NCBI GenBank assembly: GCA_964525635.1
Contig: CAZGJX010000101.1
Location: 1 to 14,660, forward strand
Length of the DNA: 14,660 bases
Source: an uncultured archaeon
GTDB lineage: Archaea; Asgardarchaeota; Lokiarchaeia; Sigyniarchaeales; SOKP01
Direction: 5' to 3'
The first letter of the stretch is position 1; each line of letters starts with the position of its first letter. The translations under genes were made by a program, and so were the position numbers. The notes under the pieces were generated by a model that was not told the origin of the DNA, ran no database searches, and saw only the letters and a program-made list of their open reading frames with translations. This document shows, piece after piece, positions 7,290-14,660 of the stretch.

Positions 7290-7727
7290 TTAAATTTCTA
7301 TCTGTGTACCACAAAATACACAGAATTTATCTTTTTTTTTTATTTTAGAACCACAAAAAATACAATCTTTTGAGTTTTTGGGAATTATTTTTAAAGAATT
7401 TGCTTTTTCCCCCAGTTCTCTATTAAATCCACATTCATTACAAAAGTTTGAGTTTTTTCTTAGTTTAGAACCACAATTTTCACATAAATTTGTTAAAATA
7501 TTTTTAATTTCATCCCTTTTTATTAGGCTTTCTTCTCTATCTTCATATAATTCTGGATTCTCATCTTTTTCTATTATATTTTCTTCAAGATCAACTTCTA
7601 AATAATAATATCCAACATATTCGCATTCTTTACATCTATACATTGCTGGAGCTAACCATCCGCTTACATTGAATGCTAGTTTTACAGTGGAATTCTTACA
7701 TTTAGGACAAATTTTAATTGCTACCAT
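7290..7727 (-). CDS. Multi-zinc-ribbon protein (N-terminal CPKC...GWL...CKEC finger plus two CxxCG-x9-CxxCG ribbons)
   Basis: Six CxxC pairs. Repeated units CENCGSKLRKNSNFCNECG and CIFCGSKIKKKDKFCVFCG. Confidence 0.8.
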   Translation of the reverse strand: MVAIKICPKCKNSTVKLAFNVSGWLAPAMYRCKECEYVGYYYLEVDLEENIIEKDENPELYEDREESLIKRDEIKNILTNLCENCGSKLRKNSNFCNECGFNRELGEKANSLKIIPKNSKDCIFCGSKIKKKDKFCVFCGTQIEI

Positions 7728-7965
7728 AGTATTTAAATTTCGCTTTATTCTAGTTTAAATGTATTATCATTAATTTAAAAAAATAATTAATGATAATATG
7801 TTTTTCTTTAACAGATATTATAATTAATTACTCTATAAAAGAAATGATTTATTAGTAATAAATAAAAATTGATTTTAGATTTTAATAAAAGAAAAAAAAA
7901 AGCTTGCTGATTTTACTATAATTAATAAATCTGTTTTTATAAAAAGAGTAAAATAGAAAGAATCT

Positions 7966-9798
7966 ATGAGTAATATAGATCTACAAAGAAAAAGTTTACC
8001 ATTTGAACCAGGGATTTACCAATTTAAAGATAAAGAAGGAACGATAATTTATATTGGAAAAGCAATTAATCTCAGAAAAAGAGTTTCTCAATATTTTATT
8101 AAAACTAAATATAATGATCCTTATTATGAAGAAAAAATTAAGGAACTTGTAAAGAATATAAATTCAATTGAATATATTGTCACTGAAAATGAAAAAGAGG
8201 CGTTAATCCTTGAAAATATTCTTATAAAGAAGCATCACCCACAGTTTAATGTTGTTATGCGTGACTCTAAGACTTATCCATGGGTGATGATTACTTATTC
8301 AGAAAATTTTCCAAGAATTCGAATTATTAGAAATCCACATCATTATAATCAGAATAATTTATTTCTTGGACCATATACCGATAAAAGGGAAATTCAAAGA
8401 ATTCTTCGTGATTTAAGAAAAATTTTTCCTTATTGTTCATGTAAAAAAAAAGTTAAGAAAAAAGAACGTCATTGTTTATATTTTCAATTAAAACTCTGCC
8501 CTGGACCTTGTAAGGAAATAATAAATGAAAAAGATTATGTTGAAAATATTAAGAGAATAGAATTATTTTTAAAGGGAAAGACATCAGATTTGAAAAAACA
8601 AATAGAGAAAAATATGGAAAAAGCAGCAATGGAGCAAAATTATGAAATCGCTGCCTTTTGGAGGGATAAATTAGACGCAATAGTGAATTCAACAACCAAA
8701 CAACATGTCCTTCTTAATGAAATATTAAGTAAAGATATAATTCAAAATTTTAGTAAAGATGGTTTTGTCTCATTAGTAATAATTCATATTCGTGAAGGTA
8801 AAATTGTTAATAAAAGCGAATTCACATTAGATTTACGCGAAAAAGTGGTACAAGAGAATGAGATTTTAATCTCTCTCTTAGAGCAATATTATCAAGATAA
8901 AATGCAGAATATACCAGATATTATCATTATCTCCACATTAACTGAAAGATTTGAATTATTGAATGAAATTTTAAAATCAAAACAAGAAAATATTCAGATT
9001 AGAACTCCAATGGAAAGTAATGAACATGCTCTTATGAATATAGCTTATAAAAATGCGAAAGTCATGGTAGAACAACAAATTCAAATGGAAGATCTTAGAA
9101 TGAAAGACTCTAATCAGGATATATTTGTATTGGAGAAAATACAAAATATTCTTGATTTACCTGAACCTCCTAAAATAATTGAAGGATTTGACATATCAAA
9201 TATAGAAGGGAAGGATGCAACTGGCTCTATGGTCTTTTTTCTAGATGGAAAACCTTATAATAAAAATTATCGATATTATAAAATTAAAACGAAATCTACC
9301 CCTGATGATGTGGGGATGATGAAGGAAGTTATAAGAAGAAGATATAGTTCAATCTTAAAAAAAAATGGTAATTTTCCAGATTTAATTTTGGTTGATGGTG
9401 GAAAAGGACAATTAAATGCTACTGTGAGTGTTTTGGAAGATTTGGGATTAGAAATTCCCACAATAAGTTTAGCAAAAAGATTAGAAGAAATTTTTATTCC
9501 AAATAAAAAAGAACCAATAATATTGTCAGATAAATCTCCTGTATTACAATTATTCCAAAGAATACGTGACGAGGCACATAGGTTTTCAATAAAATTACAC
9601 AAAAAGCAGAGAGAAAAAAAAATATCTACTTCTATTTTGGATGATATTAAAGGAATTGGACCTATAACTAGAAATAAGTTATTAAAATATTTTGGAAGTG
9701 TTGAAGAAATAAAAAATGCTACATTCAAGGAAATATCTCAAATTGTTGGAGAGAAACTTGCTGGAAGTATTAAAAATTATCTAAAAAATAATAAATGA
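7966..9798 (+). CDS. uvrC: Excinuclease ABC subunit C
   Basis: GIY-YIG domain (PGIY...IYIGKAINLRKRV), Cys-rich segment, UVR coiled coil, RNase H-like domain (EGFDISN, DDVGMM, DGGKGQ, RDEAHRF) and C-terminal HhH (IKGIG). Confidence 0.97.
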   Translation: MSNIDLQRKSLPFEPGIYQFKDKEGTIIYIGKAINLRKRVSQYFIKTKYNDPYYEEKIKELVKNINSIEYIVTENEKEALILENILIKKHHPQFNVVMRDSKTYPWVMITYSENFPRIRIIRNPHHYNQNNLFLGPYTDKREIQRILRDLRKIFPYCSCKKKVKKKERHCLYFQLKLCPGPCKEIINEKDYVENIKRIELFLKGKTSDLKKQIEKNMEKAAMEQNYEIAAFWRDKLDAIVNSTTKQHVLLNEILSKDIIQNFSKDGFVSLVIIHIREGKIVNKSEFTLDLREKVVQENEILISLLEQYYQDKMQNIPDIIIISTLTERFELLNEILKSKQENIQIRTPMESNEHALMNIAYKNAKVMVEQQIQMEDLRMKDSNQDIFVLEKIQNILDLPEPPKIIEGFDISNIEGKDATGSMVFFLDGKPYNKNYRYYKIKTKSTPDDVGMMKEVIRRRYSSILKKNGNFPDLILVDGGKGQLNATVSVLEDLGLEIPTISLAKRLEEIFIPNKKEPIILSDKSPVLQLFQRIRDEAHRFSIKLHKKQREKKISTSILDDIKGIGPITRNKLLKYFGSVEEIKNATFKEISQIVGEKLAGSIKNYLKNNK

Positions 9799-9928
9799 AT
9801 TATTCTCAAATATTAAATTGTTTTATAATAATAAGAAGTTTAAAAAATTTTTAATCAATTTATTTTATCATTATAATTTAATTTTTGATTTGCGCTATTT
9901 TTCAATCAAAAATCTCAAAATAATAAAT

Positions 9929-10105
9929 TTATTCTCCCCAATCTTCTTCTGTCATTTCAGCAACTTCAGCAGTAGCTATATCGTTTTTTATTTCAGTAAT
10001 TTCTAAATCGACTCCACAATCAGGGCAAGGTGTAACTTCACCGACAATTGTACCCTCATCTAAATCAAATTCGAAATAACATGACGGACATTCACATTTT
10101 ACCAT
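9929..10105 (-). CDS. lysW: Amino-group carrier protein LysW (58 aa)
   Basis: CPSC...CPDCG zinc ribbon, acidic, ending in EEDWGE. The GTG at 10117 falls inside an AGTGAT SD-like site, so ATG 10105 is the preferred start. Confidence 0.93.
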   Translation of the reverse strand: MVKCECPSCYFEFDLDEGTIVGEVTPCPDCGVDLEITEIKNDIATAEVAEMTEEDWGE

Positions 10106-10258
10106 TTTAATAATCACTTCTATCTTTTAAAAATCTAATTAGAATACCTAGAGATATACACGATTCAAAATAAAATTTTTGATTATTAATAAATCAAATT
10201 AGTAGATAAATAAATATCCATAAAATTTTTAAGACTAATTATCATAGTAACGAGATAT

Positions 10259-11272
10259 TTAATTAGAACAAAATTTAACTACATTTTTTTTTTCCAATTT
10301 ATATTTAATATATGCTAATGCTCCTTTTATTCCAATATCCTCCCTAAAATTACTTACTTTTATATTAGGAGGTCGATTTATTGTATATTTTATAGGGTCA
10401 TTTATAAATTGTTTTCTTAGAGGCTCTATTAATTGTTCTGCATTCTCCATTAAGGCACCACCAAAATATATTGATTCACTATCATAATAATTATTGACTG
10501 AACCGACACCAATCTTTAAATATAAGACACAATCATTAACAATTCTCTTTGACAATTCATCTCCTCTCCTAGCGGCATCAAATACTTCTTTTGCGGTTAT
10601 TTTTAATTTATTATTTTTTACTAATTTCAATAAGATCTCGCCATTTAGTTTTCCTTCTTCAATGGCATCTAATGTCCTATTTCTAACTCCAGTTCCAGAA
10701 CTAAAAACCTCCCAACATCCATAAGCACCACAATTGCATAGATATCTACTATTTCGCTCTAATATTACATGACCTATTTCAGCAGCATTTCCATCTTTAC
10801 CCATTAATAAATGACCATTGCATATAACTCCTCCCCCTATTCCTGTAGATACTGTAATATAAGCAATATTATCTTTCTCTTTGTCATTTGCTTCAAAAAA
10901 ATGAATTCCTAAAACAGCAGCATTACAATCATTAATTAAATAAAATGGTATATTTGGGAAATTTTCTTTTATTGGTTTTTTAAGAGGAATTTCTTTAAAT
11001 CCTAAGTTTGCATTATTAAAAACTATCCCTTTATTTACATTTAGTGGTCCTGCAGATGCAAGACCAATTCCAAGAAGTTGTTCTCTTTTTAAACCATTTT
11101 CTTCAATTAATTTATTCAAAAGCTCACTAATTTGATTACTGATAGAATTTTGATTTTCTTTGAGGGTTCTTTGTTTTGTTAATAAGATTTCTTCTTTTTC
11201 TAAATTTAATTTGCTAATTGCAACACGTACCCAAGTTCCTCCAACGTCACACCCTCCAATATATTTTTCCAA
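10259..11272 (-). CDS. ROK-family sugar kinase (glucokinase-like)
   Basis: GCDVGGT, NDCNAA, STGIGGG, G-x-AAEIGH and CNCG-x-x-GCWE motifs, with no N-terminal HTH. The GTG at 11284 is part of a GGTGAG SD-like site, so TTG 11272 is the preferred start. Confidence 0.92.
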   Translation of the reverse strand: MEKYIGGCDVGGTWVRVAISKLNLEKEEILLTKQRTLKENQNSISNQISELLNKLIEENGLKREQLLGIGLASAGPLNVNKGIVFNNANLGFKEIPLKKPIKENFPNIPFYLINDCNAAVLGIHFFEANDKEKDNIAYITVSTGIGGGVICNGHLLMGKDGNAAEIGHVILERNSRYLCNCGAYGCWEVFSSGTGVRNRTLDAIEEGKLNGEILLKLVKNNKLKITAKEVFDAARRGDELSKRIVNDCVLYLKIGVGSVNNYYDSESIYFGGALMENAEQLIEPLRKQFINDPIKYTINRPPNIKVSNFREDIGIKGALAYIKYKLEKKNVVKFCSN

Positions 11273-11317
11273 TTTTATTCTCACCTTAATGTTTTAAATA
11301 TTTTATTTTAAATAAAA

Positions 11318-12118
11318 TTAATACAGATTTATTTTTATAGAATTATCATCTATTAATTTTTTTATTTTATTCTGTATATTTTTTAATCTATCTCCATCGA
11401 CAGAATATATATATGATTCTGCAGGTATCCTATCCACAGAATATAGCTGAACCATATTAGGCTTTATTTTTTTGATTGCTAAAGCTAAATTATGTATATT
11501 TTCTTCATTATAATTTGGAATAAATTCTTTATTATAGGATTGATATAATAGACATTGAATTGCTAATTTATTCTCATTAGGCATTTCTTTTTTTAATTTC
11601 AGTATTGATTCTATAATTTGACTTATATGAGGAACCTCTGGATGAGGTCTATTTGTTCTTATAAAATCTTGTTGAGTTGCTGCATCTAATTTTGCTATTA
11701 CAAGATCAAATAATTTAACCTTATCCCTAATCTCTTTCAAATATAATGTACTTGAATTTGTTAATAGAGATAATATTGGTGGTTTATTATTCCATTTTAT
11801 TTCCTTTCTTTCTTTAAAAGCTATTTCAAGGAATTCTATAATATGTTCATTTAATGTAGGTTCACCATTATAACCAAAAGTTATAGAATTTAGATTTGGA
11901 AACAATCTTAAAATTGAAGTTAATTCTTTCTTAAAATTATTAGGTGGATGTAAGCTTATGTGATGATCGGGAGAAACTAATTGATCCGAGTTTGTACATC
12001 CTATTTCACAATATACACAATTAAATGTACATTTTTTTTTTTTAGGAAGAATATCAACACCTAAAGATAATCCAAGGCGTCTTGATTTCACAGGTCCAAA
12101 AGTAGATTCTCTAGGCAT
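11318..12118 (-). CDS. Radical SAM protein (COG0731-like, FGPV-x-SRRLG-x-SLG type), function unknown
   Basis: CTFNCVYC (CX3CX2C), GEPTL, LLTNSS, KLDA and NRP motifs. Confidence 0.88.
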   Translation of the reverse strand: MPRESTFGPVKSRRLGLSLGVDILPKKKKCTFNCVYCEIGCTNSDQLVSPDHHISLHPPNNFKKELTSILRLFPNLNSITFGYNGEPTLNEHIIEFLEIAFKERKEIKWNNKPPILSLLTNSSTLYLKEIRDKVKLFDLVIAKLDAATQQDFIRTNRPHPEVPHISQIIESILKLKKEMPNENKLAIQCLLYQSYNKEFIPNYNEENIHNLALAIKKIKPNMVQLYSVDRIPAESYIYSVDGDRLKNIQNKIKKLIDDNSIKINLY

Positions 12119-12258
12119 AGAATATCCTTAAGAAATTTAATTCTTTAAAATCAGTTTAATATAATTAAAAGATATGATTTATATACAATCTTATTTAATT
12201 GAATAAATAATATAATTAAAATACGATGATTAAGAAAAAAAAAAATATGTGAAAATTA

Positions 12259-12834
12259 ATGATACTTGGTATTAATGGTAGTCCTCATAAGGATGGTAAC
12301 ACTGATTATTCATTACAATATGCCCTTTCACTTTTAAAAAAAGCGGGATTTGAAACAGAATATATTACGTTAGCAGATAAAGAAATCCATTATTGTAAAG
12401 GTTGTTTAGTTTGTCGAGAAGGGAAATGTATTTATAATGATGATATGCATTCCATAATTAATGCCATGCGTCGTTGCGATTGTATTATCTTAGCTTCACC
12501 CGTATTTATGGGCCTTATAACAGGTAAAATGAAATCCATGATGGACCGTACAGTTATTTTACGAGTTGGGGGAGAAAATTTCGGGGATAAGTTTGAACTT
12601 AGTGGAAAAATAGGAACAGGTATAGCTTGTGGAGGATTTCGTAATGGAGGTCAAGAACTAACTTTACAATGTATGCATACTTTTTTTCTTCAACAAGATA
12701 TGATAGTAGTTGCTGATGGTCCCCCATATAGCCATTCAGGTGCTACAATTGTAGGTGATACAGAGGATGATCCATTAGGTTTGGAAACAATAGATAATTT
12801 AATAAAAAAGATAATTAAATTAGTACATAAATAA
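12259..12834 (+). CDS. Iron-sulfur flavoprotein / NADPH-dependent FMN reductase (flavodoxin-fold) family
   Basis: GINGSP-x-x-x-GNT, CKGCLVCREGKC (CX2CX2CX4C), DDM, ASPVF and RNGGQE motifs. Confidence 0.9.
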   Translation: MILGINGSPHKDGNTDYSLQYALSLLKKAGFETEYITLADKEIHYCKGCLVCREGKCIYNDDMHSIINAMRRCDCIILASPVFMGLITGKMKSMMDRTVILRVGGENFGDKFELSGKIGTGIACGGFRNGGQELTLQCMHTFFLQQDMIVVADGPPYSHSGATIVGDTEDDPLGLETIDNLIKKIIKLVHK

Positions 12835-12863
12835 AAATAAATAATTAGGTAATAAATATAATT

Positions 12864-12907
12864 AAAAAAAAAAAAATTTCCCTTTTTATTTTATAATAAA
12901 TAAAAAG
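12864..12907 (-). terminator. Hairpin plus U13 tract downstream of the ABC permease (putative terminator between convergent genes)
   Basis: 10-bp inverted repeat CTTTTTATTT (12882-12891) / AAATAAAAAG (12898-12907), followed on the minus strand by 13 U (A13 at 12864-12876). Confidence 0.5.
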
Positions 12908-12917
12908 AATGGAAAAT

Positions 12918-13697
12918 TTAAGTAACTTCCATTTTATTGAAAGAAATAGCACCTAAGATTATCAATACAACAGCAAAAGCACACATTACTACTAAATCTA
13001 ACCATATAGCAAAATTGTGAGAATCAACCATAATAAAACGAAAAAGATCAACACAATATGAGAATGGATTGAATTGATATACAATGTATAAAGCGCTACT
13101 ACTATCAAAAGGAAACATTGCTCCAGAAAGCCAAAACATAGGCATTACTATAAATGTTTGTATTAATCCAAAAGATTGGAAATTTCTTATTCGGGTACCA
13201 ATAATTAATCCTATACCTATAATTCCAATACTTGATACTAAAGCTACGGGGATTATAATTAATATACGTAAAATCAGATCTGGATTATTACCTAAATATC
13301 CAAATGAAATACCAAAAATTAAAATAATCAGAACTTGAATAAGAGTCTGTACAGCTATACCCAATGTTCTTCCAATCATTAATGTCTGTCTACTAACAGG
13401 AGCGACAATTAACTCCTTCATAAATCCAAACATTTTATCTCTCATTAAGCCCATACCTCCAAAAATCCCTGTAAATAAAATAGTTAGTGCTCCTATACCC
13501 GAAGCTACCTCGGCTTTATAATTATTTCCCAAATTGAGCGCATTTCCAAAGACTAATAAAAATAATATCGCTTGAGCGAAAGACGTTATTATTCTTGCTT
13601 TATCTCTCCAAAATGCGAGTATTTCCCGTTTTGTTAATATCCAAACTGCTGGATAATTGATCCCTACATGTTTTAAATTTAAATCTGACATTTTCAA
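12918..13697 (-). CDS. ABC-2 type exporter permease (DrrB-like; probable start ATG 13691)
   Basis: About six hydrophobic segments with RDK-x-x-G-x-x-KEL-x-VAPVSR, LSGAMFP and NPFSY-x-VD motifs. GGAGG at 13705-13701 lies 9 nt before ATG 13691 and next to the upstream stop, suggesting translational coupling. Confidence 0.92.
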   Translation of the reverse strand: MKMSDLNLKHVGINYPAVWILTKREILAFWRDKARIITSFAQAILFLLVFGNALNLGNNYKAEVASGIGALTILFTGIFGGMGLMRDKMFGFMKELIVAPVSRQTLMIGRTLGIAVQTLIQVLIILIFGISFGYLGNNPDLILRILIIIPVALVSSIGIIGIGLIIGTRIRNFQSFGLIQTFIVMPMFWLSGAMFPFDSSSALYIVYQFNPFSYCVDLFRFIMVDSHNFAIWLDLVVMCAFAVVLIILGAISFNKMEVT

Positions 13698-14660
13698 TTA
13701 CCTCCTTAATTGCCTCATTTGAATGCGTTTTTTTATATCTTTTGTACGATTTGAAGACTCTTCTCTTATTTTTGTACCAACATAATGTAAGAAAACATCT
13801 TCCAAGGTGGGTTGATGCATATTTATGTTTTTTACACTCATAGATTGTTGATCGATTTTTTGCATAATCAAAGGAAGCTGTTTACCTCCATTTTCACAAG
13901 AAATCGAGATTTTTTGACTATTTTCGTTATGTTCCTCTACATATTCTCCTTTTTTAATTCTAAATATTGTTTCTCTTATTCCATCAGGAATCTCTTCTAA
14001 ATTACCATCATCGAACATATTAGCTATCCTTTTTTTCATTTCTATTGAAGCATTATGAAACATTTGTTGAGACATAGGAAAGCGTTTCCAACCGTCCAAT
14101 AATTTCTTAGGATCTGACATCATTTCTTGCATTCTTGCTTTAATAAACTCTGGATTAATATTCGGCATATTGGCTGGGAGATTTAATGGAATTTCTATTT
14201 CATTTTCCTTAGAACTTCCTAAGGACACATTAATTATTCCCGGTATTTCTTTTATTTGAGATATTACTGTTGTAAATTGTGAAATATCCTCTATTTTGGA
14301 AAATTCTATCTCAATGACATCCCCAGATAATTGCTTCTTGAGGTTCTCAGAAGTATCTAACGCAATTATTTTTCCATGATCCATAATACAAATTCTATCT
14401 GCAAGTTCATCTGCTTCTTCCATATAATGTGTTGTAATGAGAATTGTGATTTTAGAATCGCCTTTATTTAATTCTTTAATTTTCTCCCAGATCTTTCTAC
14501 GAGTTTGAGGATCCAATCCTAAAGTGGGTTCATCTAAAAATAATACTTTAGGTTCATGTAAAAGACCTCTTGCTATTTCTAATCTTCTTTTCATACCTCC
14601 AGAATAATTCCTTACATAAACATCTGCTTTATCTTCAAGATCCACTAATTTTAAAACTTC
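13698..14660 (-). CDS. ABC exporter ATP-binding subunit (DrrA-like), 5'-truncated by the window edge
   Basis: Signature YSGGMKRRLEIA, Walker B LFLDEPT-x-GLDP, H-loop TTHYMEEA and C-terminal PTLEDVFL. The frame stays open to 14660 (EVLKLVD...). Confidence 0.95.
   Translation of the reverse strand, partial: EVLKLVDLEDKADVYVRNYSGGMKRRLEIARGLLHEPKVLFLDEPTLGLDPQTRRKIWEKIKELNKGDSKITILITTHYMEEADELADRICIMDHGKIIALDTSENLKKQLSGDVIEIEFSKIEDISQFTTVISQIKEIPGIINVSLGSSKENEIEIPLNLPANMPNINPEFIKARMQEMMSDPKKLLDGWKRFPMSQQMFHNASIEMKKRIANMFDDGNLEEIPDGIRETIFRIKKGEYVEEHNENSQKISISCENGGKQLPLIMQKIDQQSMSVKNINMHQPTLEDVFLHYVGTKIREESSNRTKDIKKRIQMRQLRR

Noticed and set aside
7378-7605. 75-aa plus-strand ORF
   Set aside because: Phe/Ser-rich antisense shadow of the zinc-ribbon gene.
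9276-9728. 150-aa minus-strand ORF
   Set aside because: Antisense shadow of uvrC.
9818-10006. 62-aa plus-strand ORF
   Set aside because: Low-complexity translation of AT-rich intergenic DNA overlapping lysW in antisense.
10494-10724. 76-aa plus-strand ORF
   Set aside because: Antisense shadow of the ROK kinase.
13084-14000. Plus-strand ORFs 13084-13338 and 13812-14000
   Set aside because: Antisense shadows of the ABC permease and ATPase genes.
1-14660. CRISPR arrays, tRNA/rRNA genes, IS elements and specific TATA boxes
   Set aside because: No spaced direct repeats, GC-rich structural RNA segments or transposase ORFs were seen. Intergenic DNA is too AT-rich to single out TATA boxes reliably.

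Overview
AT-rich archaeal housekeeping region, most likely from an Asgard archaeon (Lokiarchaeia-like). This assignment is an inference from an eL22 ribosomal protein, a form III RuBisCO, an R15P isomerase, TFS, LysW and GGTGA/AGTGA-type ribosome-binding sites. Gene order: end of a DHH/DHHA1 gene, DUF167, a doubly disrupted ATC-hydrolase-family gene, TFS/RpoM, CitG-like, eL22, RuBisCO, DEAD-box helicase, ribose-1,5-bisphosphate isomerase, multi-zinc-ribbon protein, UvrC, LysW, ROK kinase, radical SAM protein, iron-sulfur flavoprotein, ABC-2 permease and a partial ABC ATPase. The main finding is in the TFS gene, which is interrupted by a 31-nt insert (1438-1468, minus strand) folding into a canonical bulge-helix-bulge (BHB) splicing motif. 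Cutting at the standard endonuclease positions restores the reading frame and the missing C-terminal CxxC exactly. It therefore looks like a tRNA-endonuclease-type intron in a protein-coding mRNA. Secondary findings are a long predicted hairpin upstream of the DEAD-box helicase, a ~100-aa insertion in the ABC ATPase, and an orphan lysW. No database searches or folding programs were run; structures were paired by eye.
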